Assembly: GCA_965224465.1 (NCBI GenBank)
Contig: OZ245049.1
Span: 1,410,001-1,442,000, forward strand
Reading direction: 5' to 3'
Length of the DNA stretch: 32,000 nucleotides
DNA from: Flavobacteriaceae bacterium
Lineage (GTDB): Bacteria; Bacteroidota; Bacteroidia; Flavobacteriales; Flavobacteriaceae
How positions within the stretch are numbered: position 1 is the first letter of the stretch; every line of letters begins with the position of its first letter. Shown here piece by piece: positions 25,663-32,000 of the stretch. Position numbers and translations under genes: made by a program. The notes under the pieces were generated by a model that was given only the letters and a program-made list of their open reading frames with translations, was not told where the DNA came from and did not search any database.

Positions 25663-27207
25663 ATGACATTATCAGCATGGTTTATCTTTTTTCTAATCAT
25701 CCAAATAATCCATTTCCTAGGTACTTGGAAATTGTATGTAAAAGCAGGTAAAAAAGCATGGGAAGCAGCAATTCCTGTATACAATGCCATTGTATTAATG
25801 GATATACTTAAGAGACCTAAATGGTGGACTATTTTACTATTTATCCCAATAATTAATCTATTAATGTATCCTGTTGTTTGGATAGAAACAGCAAGAAGTT
25901 ATGGGAAAAACACACGTATTGACGGTTTTTTATCCGTGGCTCTATTAGGGTTTTACAGCTATTATATTAGTTATGCTACCAAAGCAGTATACGTAAAAGA
26001 CAGAAGTTTAACTTCAAAATCACAAGTAGGAGAATGGCTAAGTTCTATTGTATTTGCTATAATTGCTGCTACCTTGGTTCACACCTACGTAATGCAGCCC
26101 TATACAATCCCAACCTCATCATTAGAAAAATCTTTATTAGTAGGAGATTTCTTATTTGTGAGTAAGTTTCATTACGGAGCAAGAACTCCCATGACAACAA
26201 TAGCAGCTCCAATGGTACATGACTCTCTTCCATTAATTGGAACAAAATCATACCTCAAAAAACCACAACTCCCTTATTTTAGATTTCCCGGTTTTCAAGA
26301 CATCAAACGCAACGAAATCGTCGTATTCAGTTGGCCTGTAGATACCGTTCGATTTTTCAGAGATCACTCTGGAATACATATTGATAAACCTATTGATAAA
26401 AAATCAAATTACGTCAAACGTTGTGTAGGAATCCCTGGGGACTCATTAGCTGTTATAAACGGATATGTGTATATAAACGGAAAGAGAACCAAGTTACCTT
26501 ACCGTGCCAAAACTCAATACCTTCATGAAGTTGTTGCTACATCAGATTTTAACCCGTACAGTTTTACTTCTCGCTATGAATCTACCGAATTAGGAAGAAA
26601 CAAAAACGGAAACTACACGGTAAATCTAACAGATGCCAATGCTGCAAAATTACGTAACAATCCGTCTATAAAAAGTGTAACCAAACAAAATACTCCTGCT
26701 GGAATTTTTGATAAAATCATTTTTCCTCACTCCCCTAAATACCCTTGGAGTTACGATAATTTTGGTCCAATATACATTCCCGAAGAAGGAAAAACAGTGG
26801 CTTTAACACCTGCAAGCATTCCTTTTTACAAAAGAATTATCGAAGTCTATGAAAACAACAATCTAACCATTGATGGAGACACGTATTATATCAATGGAAA
26901 AGCTGCAACAACATACACCTTTAAACAAGATTACTATTGGATGATGGGTGATAACCGACACAATTCGGAAGATGCGAGAGCATGGGGATATGTCCCTTTC
27001 GATCATATTGTTGGAAAACCTGTATTTATATGGTTTAGCTGGGACAGTACTGCAAAAGGTTTGGCAAATAAAGTACGTTGGGACCGTGTATTTACCACCG
27101 TTCATGGCGAAGGAAAACCCTATTCATATATCTATGTATTCTTAGGCATATTGGCTTTATACTTTATTGGAAGTACAATTATCAAGCGAAGAAAAGAAGA
27201 AAACTAA
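25663..27207 (+). CDS. lepB: Signal peptidase I (S26) with an N-terminal multi-TM extension
   Basis: 514 aa. S26 boxes are present (SSLEKSLLVGD, YVKRCVGIPGD, GDNRHNSEDAR). The N-terminal ~110 aa hydrophobic module is the one commonly fused to the Bacteroidetes enzyme. Confidence 0.88.
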   Translation: MTLSAWFIFFLIIQIIHFLGTWKLYVKAGKKAWEAAIPVYNAIVLMDILKRPKWWTILLFIPIINLLMYPVVWIETARSYGKNTRIDGFLSVALLGFYSYYISYATKAVYVKDRSLTSKSQVGEWLSSIVFAIIAATLVHTYVMQPYTIPTSSLEKSLLVGDFLFVSKFHYGARTPMTTIAAPMVHDSLPLIGTKSYLKKPQLPYFRFPGFQDIKRNEIVVFSWPVDTVRFFRDHSGIHIDKPIDKKSNYVKRCVGIPGDSLAVINGYVYINGKRTKLPYRAKTQYLHEVVATSDFNPYSFTSRYESTELGRNKNGNYTVNLTDANAAKLRNNPSIKSVTKQNTPAGIFDKIIFPHSPKYPWSYDNFGPIYIPEEGKTVALTPASIPFYKRIIEVYENNNLTIDGDTYYINGKAATTYTFKQDYYWMMGDNRHNSEDARAWGYVPFDHIVGKPVFIWFSWDSTAKGLANKVRWDRVFTTVHGEGKPYSYIYVFLGILALYFIGSTIIKRRKEEN

Positions 27208-27208
27208 G

Positions 27209-27844
27209 ATGTCGAAAACACATCTTTTATATCCAGGATATTTAGGGTCGATTGCCCACTACGCTGTAGTGGCGCAATCTGATGCTATTATTTTTGAAAC
27301 CGCGAGTAACTTTATAAAACAAAGCTATCTTACCCGTTGCTATATTGCAACTGCAAGCGGAAAGCAGGCGCTTAGCATTCCTGTACTTCGCCCAAAAGAA
27401 AAGGGAAAACAACGTTTAAAAGATGTACGGATAGATTACAGAAATAACTGGCAACAAACACACCTACGAAGCATTCAAACAGCCTATAGATCCTCGCCGT
27501 TCTATGAATTTTATGAAGATGATTTACTACCTCTTTTCAATAAAAACTATACTTTTTTATTAGATTTTAATTTAAAAGCACACGAAATATTAATGGAATG
27601 CCTTCAATTAAATACACCTTCATCTAAAACGAGCGTTTTTGAATTAAATCCACTACAATACAGCGACACACGATTTTTAATTGATGCTAAAAAAGAAATC
27701 TCTGTGGATTTTGATTCTTACTATCAAATTTTTAACGACAAGAATGGCTTTCAAAAAAACCTAAGTATTTTAGACCTTATCTGTATGGAAGGTCCCAATG
27801 CTATTAGTTTTTTAGAACGCATTGATCTATCAAAGTTAAAATAA
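27209..27844 (+). CDS. WbqC-family protein
   Basis: MSKTHLLYPGYLGSIAHYA.., NWQQTHLRSIQTAYRSSPFYEFY and ILDLI resemble WbqC-like proteins. I prefer the ATG at 27209 (1 nt after the lepB stop) to the listed start at 27167, which lies inside lepB. Confidence 0.75.
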   Translation: MSKTHLLYPGYLGSIAHYAVVAQSDAIIFETASNFIKQSYLTRCYIATASGKQALSIPVLRPKEKGKQRLKDVRIDYRNNWQQTHLRSIQTAYRSSPFYEFYEDDLLPLFNKNYTFLLDFNLKAHEILMECLQLNTPSSKTSVFELNPLQYSDTRFLIDAKKEISVDFDSYYQIFNDKNGFQKNLSILDLICMEGPNAISFLERIDLSKLK

Positions 27845-28161
27845 TGGCTTATTTACAGCCAATTATTCATTATAGCATGCACTTTTTAGTGCCAGGGCTT
27901 ATTGCATTTCTGTTTTTTAAAGACTGGAAAAAAGCATGGCTTATTTTAACACTTACCATGTTGGTAGATTTAGATCATTTATTAGCTACTCCAATTTTTG
28001 ATCCAGAGCGATGCAGTATAAATTTCCATCCACTCCACACGTATTATGCTATGGTAATATATGCACTTGGGTTAACTTTTAAAAAAACAAGAATCGTATG
28101 CATAGGGCTTCTTTTTCATATGCTTACTGATTTTATTGACTGTAGCCTATCATTCCCATAA
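27844..28161 (+). CDS. Small integral-membrane protein of unknown function (DUF6122-like)
   Basis: 105 aa with three predicted TM segments and conserved-looking His/Asp residues (HYSMHF, DLDHLL, FHMLTDF). Its start overlaps the WbqC stop (TAATG), suggesting translational coupling. Confidence 0.6.
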   Translation: MAYLQPIIHYSMHFLVPGLIAFLFFKDWKKAWLILTLTMLVDLDHLLATPIFDPERCSINFHPLHTYYAMVIYALGLTFKKTRIVCIGLLFHMLTDFIDCSLSFP

Positions 28162-28316
28162 TTGAAACCCACCTCCCTATTATAAATTATAGTTATTCTA
28201 TTATTAGTTTTATCTATTTCACCTATCTTCGTAGTATCAAAAATAACACACCATAAATCTTTCCCTAAAGGATTTTAATAGGTAGAACGATATAGTTTAT
28301 CCTTAAACTAAAAGAA

Positions 28317-28340
28317 AGCCTCTTGATTCATCAAGAGGCT
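28317..28340. terminator. Hairpin in the convergent DUF6122-like / ettA spacer
   Basis: AGCCTCTTGA-ttca-TCAAGAGGCT is a perfect 10-bp stem. It is A-rich upstream and has only a weak T-tract downstream. Confidence 0.5.
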
Positions 28341-28351
28341 TCCCTATTATA

Positions 28352-28376
28352 TACCTTACAGAAAATAAATTTGGTA
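28352..28376 (+). repeat. 25-bp mini-remnant of the hairpin repeat family (both termini only)
   Basis: TACCTTACAGAAAATAAATTTGGTA retains left-end-like TACCTTACA and right-end-like AAATTTGGTA. Only the TTA at 28377..28379 separates it from copy F. Confidence 0.5.
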
Positions 28377-28379
28377 TTA

Positions 28380-28485
28380 CACCAATTACACTCCAAAACA
28401 ACCGATATAAATAGTTTATTTTATCCTCTATCGTTGTTAAAAAACAATCCTATTTCTAAACCATCACTTGGAAATGTATTTGGTA
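28380..28485 (+). repeat. Copy F (106 bp, medium form) of the hairpin repeat family
   Basis: CACCAATTACACTCCAAAACAACCGATATAAATAGTTTATTTTATCCTCTATCGTTGTTAAAAAACAATCCTATTTCTAAACCATCACTTGGAAATGTATTTGGTA. A perfect TTA/TTA direct repeat flanks it (28377..28379 and 28486..28488). The right-hand TTA is the ettA stop codon (TAA on the minus strand). Confidence 0.85.
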
Positions 28486-30177
28486 TTATCTTGTCAACTT
28501 TCTATATTTAATACGTTTCGGCATTAAATCACCGCCCAATCGTTTTTTCTTATTTTCTTCATAATCAGAGAAAGAACCTTCAAAAAAGTAGACTTCGGAA
28601 TTTCCTTCAAAAGCCAAAATGTGTGTACAAATACGATCCAAGAACCATCTATCGTGACTAATTACCACGGCACAACCCGCAAAATTATCCAAACCTTCTT
28701 CCAGCGCTCTCAGCGTATTAATATCTAAATCATTTGTAGGCTCATCTAATAAAAGCACATTCCCTTCTTCTCTCAGCGTCATTGCTAAGTGTAAACGGTT
28801 ACGTTCCCCTCCAGAAAGCATGCTTACCTTTTTGTTTTGTTCAGAACCAGCAAAGTTAAAACGGCTTAAATAAGCACGAGAATTTACTTGCTTCCCGCCC
28901 ATCATAATTAACTCTTGTTCATCCGAAAAGTTTTGCCAAATCGTTTTTTCTGGATCAATGTTTGAGTGGCTTTGATCTACGTAAGCTATTTTCACAGACT
29001 CTCCTACAATAAACTCTCCTTTGTCTGCTTTTTCCTCACCCATAATCATTTTGAAAATGGTTGTTTTACCAGCTCCATTGGGACCAATAACTCCTACAAT
29101 ACCAGCTTGTGGTAAACTAAACTCTAAATTATCGTATAATAATTTATCTCCAAATGCTTTTGAAACCCCTTTGGCATCAATCACATTAGTCCCCAAACGT
29201 GGGCCATTAGGAATAAAAATCTCTAATTTTTCATCCATCTTAGATTGGTCTTGACTCATCATGCTATCATAATTTGCCAACCTTGCTTTGGATTTTGAAT
29301 GCCGTCCTTTTGGAGCCATACGTACCCATTCCAATTCACGTTCCAATGTCTTTTGACGTTTTGAAGCTGTTTTAGATTCTTGCGCTAAACGTTTTGCCTT
29401 TTGCTCTAACCATGTAGAATAATTTCCTTTCCAAGGAATCCCTTCTCCTCTATCTAGTTCTAAGATCCAACCTGCAACATTATCTAAGAAATAACGGTCA
29501 TGCGTTACAGCAATCACTGTTCCTTTGTATTGTTTTAAATGATGTTCTAACCAGTGTACAGATTCTGCATCCAAGTGATTCGTAGGCTCATCCAATAACA
29601 ATACATCAGGCTGTTGTAATAACAGGCGACACAAAGCTACTCTTCTACGTTCCCCTCCAGACAAATTCTTGATAGGAGTATCACCATCTGGCGTACGCAA
29701 TGCATCCATTGCAATTTCTAATTTCGTATCTAATTCCCAAGCGTCTAAGGCATCTATTTGATCCTGTAATTCCGCTTGACGATTCATCAATTTCTCCATT
29801 TTATCAGCATCAGAATACACTTCTTCTAAGCCAAACATATCGTTTATCTTATTGTATTCGTCCAAAACGGCTACTGTTTCTGCAGCTCCTTCACGTACTA
29901 TTTCAATGACTGTTTTTTCATCATCCAAATGTGGTTCTTGAGACAAATACCCTACTGAATAATCTTGAGAAAACACCACATCACCTTGATAGTTGGTTTC
30001 CAATCCTGCAATTATTTTTAATAAGGTAGATTTCCCTGAACCATTCAATCCTAGAATACCAATCTTAGCTCCGTAAAAGAAACTCAAATAAATATTTTTC
30101 AACACAGGCTTGTTTGCACTTGCATACGCCTTGGTTACTCCAGACATGGAGAATATTATTTTTTTATCGTCTGCCAT
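28486..30177 (-). CDS. ettA: Energy-dependent translational throttle protein EttA (ABC-F ATPase)
   Basis: 563 aa. It has two ABC cassettes (GLNGSGKST / LSGGERRRV, GPNGAGKTT / LSGGERNRL) and the EttA-specific arm and linker. It is collinear with E. coli EttA to the very C-terminus (..PKRIKYRKLTR). Confidence 0.93.
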   Translation of the reverse strand: MADDKKIIFSMSGVTKAYASANKPVLKNIYLSFFYGAKIGILGLNGSGKSTLLKIIAGLETNYQGDVVFSQDYSVGYLSQEPHLDDEKTVIEIVREGAAETVAVLDEYNKINDMFGLEEVYSDADKMEKLMNRQAELQDQIDALDAWELDTKLEIAMDALRTPDGDTPIKNLSGGERRRVALCRLLLQQPDVLLLDEPTNHLDAESVHWLEHHLKQYKGTVIAVTHDRYFLDNVAGWILELDRGEGIPWKGNYSTWLEQKAKRLAQESKTASKRQKTLERELEWVRMAPKGRHSKSKARLANYDSMMSQDQSKMDEKLEIFIPNGPRLGTNVIDAKGVSKAFGDKLLYDNLEFSLPQAGIVGVIGPNGAGKTTIFKMIMGEEKADKGEFIVGESVKIAYVDQSHSNIDPEKTIWQNFSDEQELIMMGGKQVNSRAYLSRFNFAGSEQNKKVSMLSGGERNRLHLAMTLREEGNVLLLDEPTNDLDINTLRALEEGLDNFAGCAVVISHDRWFLDRICTHILAFEGNSEVYFFEGSFSDYEENKKKRLGGDLMPKRIKYRKLTR

Positions 30178-30202
30178 TTTTATTTTTTTATCACTTGAAC
30201 TG

Positions 30203-30210
30203 CAAAAGTA
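30203..30210 (-). promoter_or_regulatory. Candidate -7 promoter box for ettA
   Basis: The minus strand reads TACTTTTG, which matches TAnnTTTG, and the box ends 25 nt upstream of the ettA ATG. The T-tract of the upstream terminator copy sits where a -33 element would be. Confidence 0.3.
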
Positions 30211-30230
30211 CGGAATTTAGCGCAGAAAAA

Positions 30231-30254
30231 AACACCTCAATACCTTGAGGTGTT
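30231..30254 (-). terminator. Terminator hairpin, copy 1 (about 50 nt upstream of the ettA start)
   Basis: AACACCTCAA-tacc-TTGAGGTGTT is a perfect 10-bp stem, followed on the minus strand by a run of seven T. It is part of a ~45-bp direct repeat (30223..30270 versus 30365..30411). Confidence 0.7.
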
Positions 30255-30371
30255 TTGAAAACTTAAAAAGTGCTTTTTAAAGCGATTTTACCGCATTTTT
30301 TTTAAGGATTGTTTTCGTTTTAAGAATTTCCTGTAAAATTAAAAATATATTTAAAATACTCACCAAGAAAA

Positions 30372-30395
30372 AACACCTCAATACCTTGAGGTGTT
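30372..30395 (-). terminator. Terminator hairpin, copy 2 (aceA terminator)
   Basis: It has the same 10-bp stem and loop as copy 1. On the minus strand it starts about 30 nt after the aceA stop and is followed by TTTTTT. Confidence 0.8.
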
Positions 30396-30424
30396 TAAAA
30401 AACTTAAACTTAAAATACAATCGA

Positions 30425-31702
30425 TTAAAATTGTGCTGTTTCTGTAGAATCTTTCATTGCTACAGTAGATGATTTACCTGCGGTTACCGTATTTTGAACA
30501 GCATCAAAATAGGTAGTCCCCACAAAACTTTGGTGTTTTACAGCTTTAAACCCATCTTTTTGCAAGGCAAATTCACGCTCTTGTAATTCTGAGTATCCTG
30601 CCATACCACGTTCTTTATATGCTTTAGACAATTCAAACATGCTTGTATTCAAGGCATGGAATCCTGCCAAAGTGATGAATTGAAATTTATAGCCCATCGC
30701 TGCTAAGTCCTCTCTAAATGTTTCCATTTCGGCTACCGATAATTTTGCTGCCCAGTTAAAACTAGGAGAACAATTATAAGCGAGCATTTTCCCTGGAAAT
30801 TCTTTATGAATGGCATCTGCAAATTCACGAGCATATTCTAAATCTGGATTGGAAGTTTCCATCCAAATTAAATCTGCATAAGGTGCATAAGACAATCCTC
30901 TATCAATTCCTTGTTTCACCCCATTATTCACATAGAAAAACCCTTCTCCACTACGTTTTCCCGTTATAAATTTATGATCTCTTGGATCTATATCACTTGT
31001 AATTAAATTTGCTGCATCTGCATCTGTACGCGCTACAATTAACGTAGGAGTATCTGAAACATCAGCCGCCAAACGTGCTGCAATCAACTTATTAATAGCT
31101 TCTTGCGTAGGAACCAATACCTTCCCTCCAAGATGTCCACATTTTTTGGCAGAAGATAATTGATCTTCAAAATGTACACCGGCAGCACCCGCAGCAATCA
31201 TCCCTTTCATCAATTCAAAGGCATTTAAATTCCCACCAAATCCTGCTTCTGCATCTGCAACAATAGGGACTAAATAATCTAATTTATCCTTGTCTCCGTT
31301 TACACATTGAATTTGATCGCGGCGCAACAAAGAATTGTTGATTCGCTTCACCACCATAGGTACAGAATTGGCTGGATACAAACTCTGATCTGGATACATC
31401 TCTCCCCCCAAATTAGCATCTGCTGCTACCTGCCAACCACTTAAATAAATAGCGTCAAGTCCTGCTTCTACTTCTTGTACTGCTTGATTCCCTGTCAATG
31501 CGCCCAGCCCTGCCACGAAATCTTGAGTATTCAATTTTTTCCACAATTTTTCGGCGCCCATACGAGCCAATGAATGCTCTATATGATAAGAACCCCGTAA
31601 TGTAATCACTTCTTCTGCCGTATAAGGTCTCTTAATTCCTTCCCAACGTGGATTTGTTGCCCAATCTCTTTTTAACTGTTGGATTTTCTCTTCTGTTTTC
31701 AT
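30425..31702 (-). CDS. aceA: Isocitrate lyase
   Basis: 425 aa. It has the ICL signature KKCGHLGGK and family blocks throughout ([29 protein letters not shown]). Confidence 0.95.
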   Translation of the reverse strand: MKTEEKIQQLKRDWATNPRWEGIKRPYTAEEVITLRGSYHIEHSLARMGAEKLWKKLNTQDFVAGLGALTGNQAVQEVEAGLDAIYLSGWQVAADANLGGEMYPDQSLYPANSVPMVVKRINNSLLRRDQIQCVNGDKDKLDYLVPIVADAEAGFGGNLNAFELMKGMIAAGAAGVHFEDQLSSAKKCGHLGGKVLVPTQEAINKLIAARLAADVSDTPTLIVARTDADAANLITSDIDPRDHKFITGKRSGEGFFYVNNGVKQGIDRGLSYAPYADLIWMETSNPDLEYAREFADAIHKEFPGKMLAYNCSPSFNWAAKLSVAEMETFREDLAAMGYKFQFITLAGFHALNTSMFELSKAYKERGMAGYSELQEREFALQKDGFKAVKHQSFVGTTYFDAVQNTVTAGKSSTVAMKDSTETAQF

Positions 31703-31741
31703 AAGTTTGCGTGCATTTATTTTTTTAAATTATTCTTGCTT

Positions 31742-31775
31742 AACCACCCTTTAATTTTGCGGTTTCCGGGTGGTT
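31742..31775 (-). terminator. Intercistronic hairpin between aceB and aceA (attenuator, stabiliser or partial terminator)
   Basis: AACCACCC (31742..31749) - 18 nt - GGGTGGTT (31768..31775), starting 4 nt after the aceB stop. The U-tract is on the plus-strand side only, so a terminator function for aceB is uncertain. Confidence 0.35.
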
Positions 31776-31779
31776 TTTT

Positions 31780-32000
31780 TTATAGTATTTCGTACCCTTT
31801 AAGAGTTAAAAATTCTTCATATATTTCCGATATTACGAAGCTATCAAATAGCTCTATTCCTTCGTCAAACCTCCCTTGACTAAAGCGTTCTTCTCCTAAC
31901 ATGTTTTTAATTTTTTCAATTTCTTCTTTTAATAACTCTTTGTATAATTCTTTGGTAAAATTTCGTCCATCTTCTATCCTGACTTCATGATGTAACCACA
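31780..32000 (-). CDS. aceB: Malate synthase A, 3' end (rest lies right of the window)
   Basis: This gene is not in the ORF track. The minus-strand frame entering at 31998 reads WLHHEVRIEDGRNFTKELYKELLKEEIEKIKNMLGEERFSQGRFDEGIELFDSFVISEIYEEFLTLKGYEIL*. That matches the AceB C-terminus as I remember it for E. coli (GEERFSQGRFD ... FLTLPGY). The stop is at 31780..31782. It gives the aceB-aceA glyoxylate operon order. Confidence 0.9.
   Translation of the reverse strand, partial: WLHHEVRIEDGRNFTKELYKELLKEEIEKIKNMLGEERFSQGRFDEGIELFDSFVISEIYEEFLTLKGYEIL

Noticed and set aside
1944-28485. I considered a CRISPR array or REP/BIME-type interpretation of the repeated elements.
   Set aside because: The copies are kilobases apart, vary in length (72-159 bp), one is inverted, and no regular repeat-spacer periodicity exists, so this is not a CRISPR array. 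I saw no conserved GTAG-type REP head or tandem BIME arrangement. A single-strand (HUH) transposition mechanism looks less likely given the apparent 3-bp duplications, though I cannot formally exclude it.
1944-28485. Every repeat copy appears co-oriented with the gene whose 3' end it follows.
   Set aside because: Three of the six copies lie between convergent genes, where either orientation would qualify. Only three copies are informative, and 3 of 3 has a chance probability of 1 in 8, so there is no significant orientation bias in this window alone.
324-29909. Many 60-144 aa ORFs in the track lie antisense to, or out of frame within, well-supported genes. Examples are 324..545, 620..850, 1225..1431, 2917..3105, 4334..4690, 5735..6043, 6651..6875, 11532..11819, 12435..12635, 13588..14033, 14180..14818, 15413..15760, 17064..17270, 20777..21211, 21665..21988, 22414..22623, 24347..24662, 25302..25511, 26069..26251, 26863..27145, 29021..29254 and 29700..29909.
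   Set aside because: Each is fully embedded in a longer ORF that has clear family motifs on the other strand or frame. Their translations are low-complexity with no recognisable domain. This is the usual shadow-ORF pattern.
31679-31879. A 66-aa plus-strand ORF spans the aceA start region.
   Set aside because: It overlaps the aceA 5' end, the intercistronic hairpin and the aceB 3' end. The minus strand encodes a clear malate synthase C-terminus.

Overview
This is an AT-rich chromosomal segment that looks like Flavobacteriia (Bacteroidota). The signs are a SusC/SusD pair, parA-parB-DUF5683-dapB-lepB-WbqC synteny and TAnnTTTG-type promoter boxes. Nearly all genes are core housekeeping. In order they are thrB (partial)-thrC, a secreted M24 Xaa-Pro aminopeptidase, gcvT, a small PlsC-like acyltransferase, rmuC and an orphan small wHTH gene. 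Next comes a SusC/SusD + murQ + NagZ-type GH3 + DeoR locus, probably a peptidoglycan/MurNAc-glycan scavenging PUL, followed by a dead DUF1697 gene. The rest are a YfcC-type permease, DUF2851, a nitroreductase, pepD, parAB-DUF5683, dapB-lepB-WbqC-small membrane protein, ettA, aceA, and the 3' end of aceB, which the ORF track misses. I found no rRNA, tRNA or CRISPR, and no recognisable defence, secretion or biosynthetic system. The main signal not explained by genes is a dispersed, modular, hairpin-forming repeat family. It has six copies of 72-159 bp plus a 25-bp remnant and a possible solo end. The copies share inverted-repeat termini, form a nested internal-deletion series and are flanked by candidate 3-bp TTA/TAA-like target duplications. 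One copy interrupts the DUF1697 pseudogene and can be excised in silico to restore its frame. One sits exactly on the ettA stop codon, one supplies the last codons and stop of the acyltransferase, and two long copies bracket parAB. I read this as a Tourist/IS5-type MITE-like element with no transposase in the window. A structured RNA or terminator role cannot be excluded from sequence alone. Secondary observations are a duplicated perfect terminator module enclosing a roughly 100-nt AT-rich segment just upstream of ettA (candidate sRNA or leader), a palindromic operator over the susC promoter box, and a few small unexplained repeats.
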